51,200 nucleotides of DNA from a virus (taxonomy: Duplodnaviria > Heunggongvirae > Uroviricota > Caudoviricetes), in IMG/VR virus record IMGVR_UViG_3300042363_000209; one strand, written 5' to 3'. Under the pieces are notes generated by a model that was given only the letters and a program-made list of their open reading frames with translations, ran no database searches and was not told where the DNA came from. This document shows positions 8,706-18,749 of the stretch, one piece after another (the stretch's first letter is position 1; each line of letters opens with the position of its first letter). The position numbers and the translations under genes are program-made.

Positions 8706-9971
8706 ATGGCAATAAATATAACATTAACATTAGGAGCTGGGTTAGGTGCTAACTTAGGACCAAACTTTAATCTTACAGCAGATGTTGGAAGTGTAAGTCC
8801 ATCAACTGCTACAAAAGCAGAACTGCTTGCAGGTAAAACTGTTGATGTAGATAATGCTGCTAGTCAAGTGACAGTAACATCTACTGGAGCTTGTACAAAT
8901 GTAATAGCACAAGCTATTCCATGTGCTAGTACTACAACTACAACCACTACAATTAATCCAACTAACAATCTTTATTTTACTAGTGTTGCTGTAAGTAGAG
9001 ATGATGTTACTAGCTCAAATGATGGTAAATACGTAGCTGTAATATGTTCAACAAATAATAAGTTATATATTTCTAATGACTACGGACTTACATATAGATC
9101 AGTTTTTGTAGCTGCTGCAGCAAATTTAATAAAACGAGTTGCAATAAGTGGAACAGGTCAATATATATATTGCACTGTACAACAATCAGGACAACCATCT
9201 ACTATTGTAAGATCTACAGACTATGGGGTTAATTGGAATGCTACAGGGGGTACAGGTAATGCATATTCTTCAATCACTACAAATAGAACAGGACAATATG
9301 TAATAGTTGGTTCAATGAATTCAGGTGAAGCAATAAACGAGCCATACTTAAATCAAGTTTGGAGATCTTCAGACTATGGAGTATCTTTTGTAAGAGTGGA
9401 GTTTTCAATTAATGCAGGTATTGATGTTCTTCCTCAATTAGTATATGATGTTGCAATAAATAGTTCAGGTGATCGTCAATATGCTGCTAGTCCCAATTTT
9501 TCTATAGCACCACTTAGAGGTAGTGTAGGAAGAACAACAAGTGCCTCAAGTATTTTTACACCTAAAGCACTTGATGAAGATCAAACATATTTTGCAGTGA
9601 GTACAAATGCAGATGGATCAAAGGTGGTTGTTGCTAATCAAGGTGGAGTTTATGGATTTAGTCCTGGAGCTGTTCAATTAAAAAGAAGTATAGACTATGG
9701 AGAAACATACGCAAATTTTGGTGGAGTTTCTACTCAATGGGGTGATATAACTATAGATGGAAGCGGTACAAATATTATAGCTATGCAATTTCTTACAGGT
9801 ACAAGTAGATTATATAAATCAGTTTCATTTGGTACGCTTTCTCCAGTGACAAGTTCTCAACTTTGGAATAGTGTATCAATTTCTTATAATTCATTTGTAG
9901 CAATTGCTTCAGAAACAACTGGACTTTGGAGATCTACAAATTCTGGATCTGATTGGATAAAATTACCTTAA
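8706..9971 (+). CDS. Decoration/receptor-binding protein with Asp-box (BNR-like) beta-propeller
   Basis: Six Asp-box-like repeats (YISNDYG, VRSTDYG, WRSSDYG, KRSIDYG, YKSVSFG, WRSTNSG) after an N-terminal module and Thr linker. Confidence 0.65.
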   Translation: MAINITLTLGAGLGANLGPNFNLTADVGSVSPSTATKAELLAGKTVDVDNAASQVTVTSTGACTNVIAQAIPCASTTTTTTTINPTNNLYFTSVAVSRDDVTSSNDGKYVAVICSTNNKLYISNDYGLTYRSVFVAAAANLIKRVAISGTGQYIYCTVQQSGQPSTIVRSTDYGVNWNATGGTGNAYSSITTNRTGQYVIVGSMNSGEAINEPYLNQVWRSSDYGVSFVRVEFSINAGIDVLPQLVYDVAINSSGDRQYAASPNFSIAPLRGSVGRTTSASSIFTPKALDEDQTYFAVSTNADGSKVVVANQGGVYGFSPGAVQLKRSIDYGETYANFGGVSTQWGDITIDGSGTNIIAMQFLTGTSRLYKSVSFGTLSPVTSSQLWNSVSISYNSFVAIASETTGLWRSTNSGSDWIKLP

Positions 9972-9985
9972 TTAAATAAACCAAC

Positions 9986-10468
9986 ATGACAGTATTAATA
10001 ACTTTGACAACAGCTGGTTCTGATACAGGACCTTTTAACATATACTCAAATGCAGATGGGTTTTCAACAATAATCATCTCTGGTGTATCTAGAGCATCTT
10101 TGGTAGCTGGCTATAACGCAACTGTTCCTGATGGAACTACAGAAGTTTTAGTTAGGTCTACAGGAGCTTGTCAAAGAGATCTTTATTTAGATGTATCAGG
10201 TGCTCCTGCTACAACAACTAGTACTACTAGCACAACTAGTTCAAGTACAACTTTAATACCTCCTATTGAATGTTATGGTTATGAGGTTTGTGCAAATGAT
10301 GGTACAGGAGATAGAGATGCTTTTCCTTTTACTTACATAAGTTGTAATGGAACATCTATAGAGTCAAGTGTAGTAAATACGCAATGTAGAGAAATTTGTG
10401 CTGCAAGAGATTCTGTAGATTCAAGTTCTGAAGCTATTTCAATAACAGAAATTGGGCCTTGTTTATAA
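9986..10468 (+). CDS. Small decoration protein (TGPFNIY module + Thr linker + Cys module)
   Basis: 160 aa; N-terminus MTVLITLTTAGSDTGPFNIYS paralogous to the 8706, 18750 and 19481 ORFs. Confidence 0.6.
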   Translation: MTVLITLTTAGSDTGPFNIYSNADGFSTIIISGVSRASLVAGYNATVPDGTTEVLVRSTGACQRDLYLDVSGAPATTTSTTSTTSSSTTLIPPIECYGYEVCANDGTGDRDAFPFTYISCNGTSIESSVVNTQCREICAARDSVDSSSEAISITEIGPCL

Positions 10469-10507
10469 TAAATTATTAAAAACCCTGTTTGTTGGTTTAC
10501 AGGGCAT

Positions 10508-10541
10508 CCCCTGGGGTTTCTACCCTGGGGGTTTTTTTTTT
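10508..10541 (+). terminator. Strong Rho-independent terminator
   Basis: CCCCTGGGGT-TTCT-ACCCTGGGGG (10-bp stem including two G-U pairs) followed by 10 T; a second hairpin CCCTGT/ACAGGG lies just upstream. Confidence 0.9.
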
Positions 10542-10590
10542 GAACTCTAATCAAATTGATTAAACTATATAATTAAATTAGTTAACTAAA

Positions 10591-10623
10591 TTTGGAAAAT
10601 ATCAAAAAAGTTTCATACCTTTA
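10591..10623 (+). promoter_or_regulatory. Bacteroidota-type promoter candidate
   Basis: TTTG 10591-10594, 21-nt spacer, TACCTTTA 10616-10623 (one mismatch to TAnnTTTG); preceded by perfect palindrome TTAGTTAACTAA 10578-10589. Confidence 0.5.
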
Positions 10624-10652
10624 CTTTAATTTTAACCAAACTTAAAACCTAT

Positions 10653-11894
10653 ATGTCTGGAAACCAACCCCTTTTGGAGCAGCTACAGCAGATGTTACAC
10701 TGGAAAAAATCAAAGAAATATTACGCTGACAAGCTAGGAGTGACAGAATTAGAGATTGATGAGTTATTAACAGATATTAGAAAGAGAGAAGAAGAGGCCA
10801 TCACTGGCAACTATATATCTGATCTAGAGGACACTGTAGTTAAGTTTACAGAAGACCTAGTGAAAGGAACTGGAGAGATTGTAGCCAATGTCTCAGAAGA
10901 GATTAAAAGCCTTGATGAGCTTATTGAGAAGTGTAAGATAGACACAGATAAGTGGGAGATAACTAAATACGTACAAAACTATTGGGGAAACGGAGATAAT
11001 CCACACTGGCAAGTAAAAGCCTGGTTAGGAAAGAAGTCTGCAGAGCAAGTGTTTCAAGATAGCTTTGTGGACTTTTTAGCTTCATATGAGCCTGTTAGTC
11101 AGGACATTATGAGTCCTAAGTTTATAAATGGTAAGAGTAACGGTATGTTAATTATCAACAAACAAGACTCTCATTTAAACAAATATGATATTGATGGCAA
11201 CAATGATATAGTTGATAGGCTTTCTAACATCATGTACAAGGTAGAGTTGATTGCTAATCAAGCACAGCTTTCCAACAACTTAGAACAAATTACATACATC
11301 ATTGGTTCTGATGAGTTTAACAGTGAGTTTACAGGAATGACCACAAAGGGTACTCCTCAAACAAACACTCATACATATCAAACATCTTTTGAATACATCT
11401 GTGGACATGAGGTGTTAATGATTACAATGTTATTACAATATGCTGAGAATGTGAATGTTGTGTACGTAGCAGGTAATCATGATGAGTTTGTAGGATGGCA
11501 TATGGTTAACTGGTTACAAACGTATTTTAGAAACACAGACAGATTAACTTTTGACTGCTCTCCTAAGTATAGAAAGTACATAAGCTATGGTGGTTCAGCA
11601 ATGATGTTTAACCATGGAGATGCAATTAAGCCTGCTAAGTTAGCAGCACTATTCCCAATAGAATTTAGAGAAGGATGGTCTTTCCATAACAACTTCTACA
11701 TATTCACAGGAGACAAACACCATGAGGTTAGTCACGACTTCAATGGTATTAAATTTTACCAAATACCAGCATTTTCTAATGCTAAAAGCCTTTGGGATGA
11801 TAAGAACGGTCATACAATGTCTAAAGCAGAAGTGACTGGATTCTTAATAGAACAAGGGTCAGGAATGACAAATATATTTAAACAGTATTTATAA
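10653..11894 (+). CDS. Calcineurin-like metallophosphoesterase with N-terminal HTH-like segment
   Basis: Metal-binding motifs D-S-H, GSD, GNHD (11472-11483), NHGD, GDKHH; N-terminal KKYYADKLGVTELEIDELL resembles a helix-turn-helix. Confidence 0.8.
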   Translation: MSGNQPLLEQLQQMLHWKKSKKYYADKLGVTELEIDELLTDIRKREEEAITGNYISDLEDTVVKFTEDLVKGTGEIVANVSEEIKSLDELIEKCKIDTDKWEITKYVQNYWGNGDNPHWQVKAWLGKKSAEQVFQDSFVDFLASYEPVSQDIMSPKFINGKSNGMLIINKQDSHLNKYDIDGNNDIVDRLSNIMYKVELIANQAQLSNNLEQITYIIGSDEFNSEFTGMTTKGTPQTNTHTYQTSFEYICGHEVLMITMLLQYAENVNVVYVAGNHDEFVGWHMVNWLQTYFRNTDRLTFDCSPKYRKYISYGGSAMMFNHGDAIKPAKLAALFPIEFREGWSFHNNFYIFTGDKHHEVSHDFNGIKFYQIPAFSNAKSLWDDKNGHTMSKAEVTGFLIEQGSGMTNIFKQYL

Positions 11895-12628
11895 TGGCAA
11901 CATTACGTAAGTTAGTTTCAGATGTGCGTGGAATGCATAAGCTTATATCCACAGATAACGTTATCACAGATAGGGTTATAGCATCAGAGATTAGAAACAA
12001 CACACAGTTATTAGTTAAACGTGAGACAAATCTCAGAAAGCTTTGGGCTACTGATACTGTCTTTAATACCATCCAATGTTTGGAAATGGTAGAAGTTCCT
12101 ATTTCTGACTGTTGTAATTACGTAGATCCATGTACTGTTTCTAGAAGTAAATATAAACTTCCTAGGATTACAGAAGGAAATTATCAATATTTAATACAAG
12201 GTGTTTATTCTATAAACGCTATGGGAGGAATGGGTACAAAGTTTAAAGAGATTACAATCAATAGATATTTAAACTTACTGGGACTTCCTATTATTAAAAA
12301 ACAAACATACTATTGGATAGCAAATGAAGGTTACTTATATTTGAGTAATCCAAATTTAAAATCAGTTAGGATATCAGCATTCTTTGAAGAAGATATTCCT
12401 AATGATATTGCGTATCCAGAATGTGGTTGTGGAACTGGTCCTGAGGTTACTAATGAAGAATACTGCAAAAATCCTTTGGATAAAGAATATGGTTGTCCAG
12501 GATATCTTGAGAAACAAGTATTAGAGCTTACGTCTCAAAAATTATTATCTACATATTTTAGTATTAAAACAGATATGGCAGATAACGGTGTTGATGGGCA
12601 AGCTCCTAATGCACAACCAACCCAGTAA
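11894..12628 (+). CDS. Tail ring protein (crAss-like)
   Basis: 244 aa, TAATG-coupled on both sides; precedes IHF-like and tail tubular genes as in crAss-like phages. Confidence 0.5.
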   Translation: MATLRKLVSDVRGMHKLISTDNVITDRVIASEIRNNTQLLVKRETNLRKLWATDTVFNTIQCLEMVEVPISDCCNYVDPCTVSRSKYKLPRITEGNYQYLIQGVYSINAMGGMGTKFKEITINRYLNLLGLPIIKKQTYYWIANEGYLYLSNPNLKSVRISAFFEEDIPNDIAYPECGCGTGPEVTNEEYCKNPLDKEYGCPGYLEKQVLELTSQKLLSTYFSIKTDMADNGVDGQAPNAQPTQ

Positions 12629-13104
12629 TGAGGATAAAAATTGATTGGAGAAGCTCCAGTAAAGAAAACTACAATAACTTTTGCAAGAAGCATCCCACAA
12701 TTAAAATTACATTTGATGAGTGGAGAAACATTTTATATTCTTATAATGAGAATTTTAAAAGTTATATACTAGAAACTGGAGAAAAAGCAAAGCTACCTTT
12801 TGGGTTTGGTGAGTTCTCAATCAATAAAAAGAAAAGAAAGAAGGTTAAGGATATCAATGGTAAGGAGTACATTAACTTACCAGTAGACTGGCAAAAGTCT
12901 AAAGAGAAGGGAAAAATTATATACAACTTTAATTATCACACAGAGGGTTACTTTTTTGGCTGGGTATGGTTTAAAGAAACTGCCAGACTAAGAAACATAG
13001 ACTTGTGGTATTTTAAACCTTCAAGAGTTACATCAAGATTGCTCTCACATTATATAAAAACAAACGATACGTATCAACACATCTATCGTGAGTGGAAAAA
13101 ATAA
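12628..13104 (+). CDS. IHF/HU-like DNA-binding protein (crAss tail-module type)
   Basis: Basic 158-aa protein with KLPFGFGEFSINKK (HU/IHF beta-arm-like) and VDWQKSKEKGK...NYHTEGY segment recalled from crAss-like IHF homologues. Confidence 0.65.
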   Translation: MRIKIDWRSSSKENYNNFCKKHPTIKITFDEWRNILYSYNENFKSYILETGEKAKLPFGFGEFSINKKKRKKVKDINGKEYINLPVDWQKSKEKGKIIYNFNYHTEGYFFGWVWFKETARLRNIDLWYFKPSRVTSRLLSHYIKTNDTYQHIYREWKK

Positions 13105-13107
13105 ATT

Positions 13108-14076
13108 ATGTCATACTATTATAAGTACAGATTTGTATCTCCTGAACCAGTTTATGCAACTGTTAAAGAAGAATTAAAAAGCTATTTTGACACAGGAGCT
13201 GTGGATGATTTGCTTTTCCCTACTTATTTAAACAAGTGTTTAAACAAGTTAGGTAGGACAACTTATGCTATTGCTGAGCAAGTTCTTTATATTGAAGACT
13301 TCCAAGCTAGGCTTCCTGATAACTTTTATGCTGCTAGAGAAGCTTGGATGTGTACTGAGATTCCAGGGTATCCTTATCAATCAGCTAACTCATTCTATTC
13401 ACAAGCTGCATCTCAAACAACTATTCAGATAGCACCTATCATTAGTGGAACAGTACCCTGTACCAATCCTCAATGTACAACAGGTTGTCCTACATGTATG
13501 CCTGAGCTTATACAAGCTGTATACAAAACAAACAATGCAATAGCTAGATCTTATAGACAAGAATATTTATTAAAACCAGGTAACATTTCTGCAAGAAACA
13601 ACTGTGAGGTTGAATACAGTAATGCTTGGGAGTTTTATGCTCCCCCTCCAACAGTGCATGAGTTTACTCCTGGTTCTGCTGGCTATGATTCATTTGACAT
13701 TAGAGATAACAAATTTGTTACTAACTTCAGAAATGGTGTAGTACATTTATTATTTTATGCTACAGAGTATGATAATATAGGTAATCAATTGATTCCTGAT
13801 AACTATCGTATTAGAGAGTTTGTAGAAGCATTCATTAAATATAAAGTGTTTGAAACTCTTTCAAATCAAATTAATGATGAGACCTTCCAACAAATACAAC
13901 AAAAGCTAGCTTATTACAAACAGTTACATGATGAAGCATTTATCATGGCTGATATTGAGATTAAGAAACAAACTCCTTGGGAGAAGCAAAGAAGAATTAA
14001 AAATGATTTGCAAAGGTTTGCTCAATATGAACTACCTAATAGAACTAACAGATACGGCAGGAGAAGAAATAATTAA
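13108..14076 (+). CDS. Tail tubular protein (P22 gp4/T7 gp11-like ring)
   Basis: 322 aa; position between IHF-like and tail stabilisation genes; helical N- and C-termini flanking a beta region. Confidence 0.6.
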   Translation: MSYYYKYRFVSPEPVYATVKEELKSYFDTGAVDDLLFPTYLNKCLNKLGRTTYAIAEQVLYIEDFQARLPDNFYAAREAWMCTEIPGYPYQSANSFYSQAASQTTIQIAPIISGTVPCTNPQCTTGCPTCMPELIQAVYKTNNAIARSYRQEYLLKPGNISARNNCEVEYSNAWEFYAPPPTVHEFTPGSAGYDSFDIRDNKFVTNFRNGVVHLLFYATEYDNIGNQLIPDNYRIREFVEAFIKYKVFETLSNQINDETFQQIQQKLAYYKQLHDEAFIMADIEIKKQTPWEKQRRIKNDLQRFAQYELPNRTNRYGRRRNN

Positions 14077-14081
14077 TAATT

Positions 14082-17000
14082 ATGGCAGATCAAGAACAAG
14101 GAAATATTAGACAGGAATTTAGTTTAGGTAGAACTGGACTAAATATGGACTCATCTGTAAACCAGGTTGAGAAGGGTAAGCTTACTTATGCCTTAAATGC
14201 ATCTGTTGAGAATTTTAGTGCCACTGCTGTAAACTACCAAAATGAACCAGGTAATGAGTTATGTCTAAACTTTCCTGAGAACTTTCTTCTTATTGGAACA
14301 CATTTTATTCAAGAGAGGAATCAACATATATTCTTTCTAACTAATCCTGAAACTGGGGCTTCTCAGATTGGATACATGGATAACAACGATTGTATCTATC
14401 ACATGTACGTAGAAGGACTTTGTTTAAACTTTAATATTAACTATCCAATACAAAAAGCTGTACACAAGATTTCAAACTGTAGTACAGAGATTTATTGGAC
14501 AGATGGATTAAACCCTAGAAGATATTTAGATCTTGATAATATTCCATATATTACAACTTTTGCAGATGATGTTATTTGTGATCCTATTGTAACACCAATA
14601 CTTGATTGTAATAAATTAAAGATACAACCTAATTTTAATATTCCAGGTTTAAGTGTTAATAGTATTATTAATGGGGGAGATTTAAGAGCTGGTACATATC
14701 AATTTGCTATTCAATATTGTAGTGCACAAGGAGATGCATACACATCTTACTATTCAGTAACTAATCCAACTCCTATTGCAAATCCAAAGCTTACAACACT
14801 TGATTTTAACTATCCTGTTGGAAGATCTATTGTAGTGGATATAAGCAACATTGATTTAACAGGATATTTTGAATATTACAATTTGGCTGTAATTAAAACA
14901 ATAAATGATATTACCTCTGTTCAATTAGTAGGTACATATTTTATTGATGGTGCTACAAATCAAATTACTTATACAGGGCAATATGAAGAAGCAATTAATT
15001 TAACAGTTGCTGAAATATTTGAAAAGTTTCCATATTATGATATTGCACAAGATGTAACAGCTGTACAAGATATTCTTGTATGGGATCAACTTACATCTAT
15101 TGATAAAATTAACTATCAAAGTATTGCTAGTAAGATTGATCTTCAATGGCAAACTTATAAGATTCCTGCTGGAGAAACTTACGCTGATGAATTAAATGCT
15201 ACTAACTTACGTGGGTATCTGCGTGATGAAATATATGCATTTGAAATTGTTTTCTTATTAAGAAACGGCAAACAAACAAGTGGTTTTCATATCCCTGGTA
15301 GAGTTGCTACAGCTGATGATTTGGTGGTTGTTGATAAATCTACAAATGCTGATTTTATTGGTACAGGAACAACTGCTCCTTATTGGAAAATATACAACAC
15401 TGCAACTGTAGTTGGAGATGCTTTAGGACCTAATATTGGAAATGCTACACCATATAAATTTGGTGATTTTGCATATTGGGAATCTAATGAAGAATATCCA
15501 TGTAACACTCTTTTATATGGAGCTTTAGCTGGACAAAAGATTCGTCATCATAAGTTTCCTGATATTCTAGTTAGTCCAATGTTTGAGTCACAGGCTCCAA
15601 ACTATAATCTTCCAGAATTGCAGAAAGCAAATGCTTTATACCCTATTGGTGTTAAAATAAATACACAACAGGTAATATCGTTAATTGATAATTCTAATTT
15701 AACAGCTGATCAAAAAGCTGATATAGTTGCATATAAAATTGTAAGAGGTGATAGAGCTACAAACAAATCTATTGTAGCAAAAGGTATGTTAAGAAATGTA
15801 GGTAAGTATACAAGAGAGGACCCAACTAGTCCTACTGCTACTTACTATTACTATCCTAACTATCCTTATAATGACATTAAAACTGATCCATTCTTACTTG
15901 AACAGAATAATGCATATAACTCTCAGTGTCAAACATTTAAAGTTGTAGTAACTACGGCTGGCACATTACAATATACTGATTGTTATTCAGGAGAAGTACT
16001 AGCAATTAATATGCCACTTGGTATGACAGAAATATGTTCTGTTACACTTCCTTTAGTAATTACAGGAGTTGCTACATTTACTAACGTTACAGCTATTTCT
16101 TATACATTAACTGCTTATGGATCGTCTACAGCATTTATATACACTGATCCAGTTTCATTAGTAAGTGTCAATATAACTGTTGTACCAAATAATCCTACTA
16201 CTGTAAGTTCTACAACTGTTCCTAGTCGTGTAAGTGGATCTGATAAATATACGATATTAGAAACAACTAATAATAAAAATACAAACTGTTTTCCAAATAA
16301 CTTAAGTGGATTTGATAATAGTTCTAAATATAGAATGGTGTTTAATTCACCAGAGACTTCTTTTGGACAACCTTTTTTAGGTAATGTGCTTAAGTTAGAA
16401 AGTGCTGTATTTGGAGGAGGTAGAGCCCATTTTGTACAAGTTAAAAATCATGCATTATATAAGTTAATTACTAAACAAGCACAAGTAGATGCTTTGAATT
16501 CAAGTTATAACATTGCTAGAATTACAGGTACATTAGATGCTACAGCGATGTTTACTGCTTACCAAGCATATTTAACAATTTATATTAATGGTATTAGCAG
16601 AAGAAACTTTACATACTCATTTAATTCCACTGCTCAATATGATTATAATGCAGATGTTCAAAACGCTGCTCCTGATGCATTTGGTAATATAGGTGTTAAA
16701 CAAAGAGAACTTGATTTATATCAATATCTTATTCCTGGTTTTCAGTCTGTTGGTGATACTTATAATATAAATAACTTTCAAAGAGAATCTTCTGTTTATT
16801 TAAAAACACCAAACGGTGTAACCCCATTACCATTTGCTGAACAAACTCCATCTTTAGTAGTTGCTGGGAACAGTTTAATTACTGATGATTCAAGATTTAC
16901 AATTTCTCAAAGAGATGCTTGTGCATCTCCAGAAACACAAGAACCTATTAAAGTGGTTTCTTATTATGGATCTATTAAGAATATAAACATTAATCAGTGG

Positions 17001-18734
17001 GGTCAATTATATTCTTATAATACAATTGATACAGGTTTCCAAAAACAATTAAGTGATGTATCAGGAATTCAAACTGTGTTTGGTGGAGATACTTTTATTG
17101 GCAGATTTGCTTATAAAACTAAACTTCCTTTCTTTATTGATAATAGAGTGGGAGCTCCTGATGATAGTGATATATTCTACGATGAATTAGGTAATGTTGC
17201 CTATCCACAATACTGGTACTCTGCTAGATCTGTACTAAGCAATTACATGGCTGGTACAACATTAATGAAAAATATTATATCTGTTAAGGCAAACTATCTT
17301 GATTGTCCTAATGATTATACTATTATAAGTAATACTACCACTACCACATCTACTACAGCTGCTCCAGGTAGTACAGCTTTAAGTAGTACAGCTTATTCAT
17401 ATGAGGGCAAGATGTATCTATTTGCTTATGGTATTCCTTATTATTATGTAGAAAGTTCTATAAATGTAGACTTACGTCAAGCATTTAATAATTTTGAAGG
17501 AGACTTCTACCCCCACGTGAGTTCTGGTATTCCTGATAACTGGTTACAACAATCTGTTGTTCCAATTCAATTTGACAATACATATACATATAATGTAACA
17601 TATTCAAAACAGAATAAAGAAAATTTCTTTTCTCACTTACCTGTAGATTTTGATAACAACCAGTGTTATACAAACTTTCCATTCAGAGCAATCTATTCTG
17701 AGGCACAAGCTAATAATCCAAGCGTAAGAGTAAATAGCTGGTTAAATTATGCTCCTGTAGCATTCTTTGACTTTCCTCAAAACTTTGGCAATTTAACTTC
17801 ATTGGACGGTATTCAGAACAAAGCTGTATTAGCTAGATTTGAGAACAAGTCATTGTTATATAATACATTGTTAACAATAAATACAAGTAATCCTCAAGCT
17901 GCTTATTTAGGCAATCCTTCACTATTTAGATCTGCTCCTCCAATTGATTTTGCTGAGACAGACCTTGGATATGTAGGAAGTCAAAATAAGTTCTTATTGA
18001 AGATTCCTAATGGACAAGTAACTATAGATGCTAAAAGAGGACAAGTGTTTCTTATTAATGGAATGGGTGGTCAAATACAAGACTTGTCTGCATTTGGTTC
18101 AGGGCTTAATAAGTTCTTTACAGACCACTTAGCATTTGAGATATTACGTTATTTTCCTAATGCTGATACAGATAATCACTTCAATGCTTGTGGTTTACAT
18201 GGTGTATATGATAGTAAGTATGATAGAATAATTATATCTAAACTTGACTACATTCCTCAACAAGAGTATGTAGATGTTATCCAATATGATGAATTAACAG
18301 GTGAGTACTATATTGATAAAGCTTATGGTGATTTATCTTTAAGAAAGGTAGTTAGTTTAACAGACAGACAATACTTCTGTAACAAGTCGTGGACTCTATC
18401 ATACAGTGTAAATATACAAAGCTGGGTTAGTTTCCATAGTTATATTCCTAACTATTACATAGCTGAAAACAACTTCTTCTATTCAGGATTGAATGAGGGA
18501 TGTGATTTAGAAGCTATTGCTGTTATGGAGATTCCTAGTCCAACTACTACAACTACAACAACAGTTATATTAAATTGTAACTTAGGTGGTACAGCAGAAT
18601 ATGTTATACCAGTAACAACTACTAGTACAACAACTCCTACTCCTCCTGTTTATGATTGTACATTAACTGCAGGAAGTGCTGTTGTAGTAACATATGATTG
18701 TACATTAACTGCTGGAACAGCTATTCTTCAATAA
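14082..18734 (+). CDS. Tail stabilisation / muzzle protein, N-terminal major part, with decoration insertions
   Basis: 1550 aa; N-terminal GLNMDSS...YALNA...NEPGNELC, DELGNV/GYVGSQ/DAKRG and WVSFHSYIPN motifs of crAss-like Tstab (P22 gp10-like); ends in Thr linkers and a duplicated Cys motif. Confidence 0.7.
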   Translation: MADQEQGNIRQEFSLGRTGLNMDSSVNQVEKGKLTYALNASVENFSATAVNYQNEPGNELCLNFPENFLLIGTHFIQERNQHIFFLTNPETGASQIGYMDNNDCIYHMYVEGLCLNFNINYPIQKAVHKISNCSTEIYWTDGLNPRRYLDLDNIPYITTFADDVICDPIVTPILDCNKLKIQPNFNIPGLSVNSIINGGDLRAGTYQFAIQYCSAQGDAYTSYYSVTNPTPIANPKLTTLDFNYPVGRSIVVDISNIDLTGYFEYYNLAVIKTINDITSVQLVGTYFIDGATNQITYTGQYEEAINLTVAEIFEKFPYYDIAQDVTAVQDILVWDQLTSIDKINYQSIASKIDLQWQTYKIPAGETYADELNATNLRGYLRDEIYAFEIVFLLRNGKQTSGFHIPGRVATADDLVVVDKSTNADFIGTGTTAPYWKIYNTATVVGDALGPNIGNATPYKFGDFAYWESNEEYPCNTLLYGALAGQKIRHHKFPDILVSPMFESQAPNYNLPELQKANALYPIGVKINTQQVISLIDNSNLTADQKADIVAYKIVRGDRATNKSIVAKGMLRNVGKYTREDPTSPTATYYYYPNYPYNDIKTDPFLLEQNNAYNSQCQTFKVVVTTAGTLQYTDCYSGEVLAINMPLGMTEICSVTLPLVITGVATFTNVTAISYTLTAYGSSTAFIYTDPVSLVSVNITVVPNNPTTVSSTTVPSRVSGSDKYTILETTNNKNTNCFPNNLSGFDNSSKYRMVFNSPETSFGQPFLGNVLKLESAVFGGGRAHFVQVKNHALYKLITKQAQVDALNSSYNIARITGTLDATAMFTAYQAYLTIYINGISRRNFTYSFNSTAQYDYNADVQNAAPDAFGNIGVKQRELDLYQYLIPGFQSVGDTYNINNFQRESSVYLKTPNGVTPLPFAEQTPSLVVAGNSLITDDSRFTISQRDACASPETQEPIKVVSYYGSIKNININQWGQLYSYNTIDTGFQKQLSDVSGIQTVFGGDTFIGRFAYKTKLPFFIDNRVGAPDDSDIFYDELGNVAYPQYWYSARSVLSNYMAGTTLMKNIISVKANYLDCPNDYTIISNTTTTTSTTAAPGSTALSSTAYSYEGKMYLFAYGIPYYYVESSINVDLRQAFNNFEGDFYPHVSSGIPDNWLQQSVVPIQFDNTYTYNVTYSKQNKENFFSHLPVDFDNNQCYTNFPFRAIYSEAQANNPSVRVNSWLNYAPVAFFDFPQNFGNLTSLDGIQNKAVLARFENKSLLYNTLLTINTSNPQAAYLGNPSLFRSAPPIDFAETDLGYVGSQNKFLLKIPNGQVTIDAKRGQVFLINGMGGQIQDLSAFGSGLNKFFTDHLAFEILRYFPNADTDNHFNACGLHGVYDSKYDRIIISKLDYIPQQEYVDVIQYDELTGEYYIDKAYGDLSLRKVVSLTDRQYFCNKSWTLSYSVNIQSWVSFHSYIPNYYIAENNFFYSGLNEGCDLEAIAVMEIPSPTTTTTTTVILNCNLGGTAEYVIPVTTTSTTTPTPPVYDCTLTAGSAVVVTYDCTLTAGTAILQ
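18651..18712 (+). repeat. Direct repeat TATGATTGTACATTAACTGC x2 (42-nt period)
   Basis: Identical 20-mers at 18651-18670 and 18693-18712 encoding YDCTLTA. Confidence 0.9.
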
Positions 18735-18749
18735 ATAAATTAACGATAT

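Noticed and set aside
5967-10468. DGR target, invertible shufflon or CRISPR-like array in the fibre region
   Set aside because: No reverse transcriptase or recombinase, no TR/VR pair differing at adenines, no regularly spaced identical repeats; repeats are coding and synonymously diverged.
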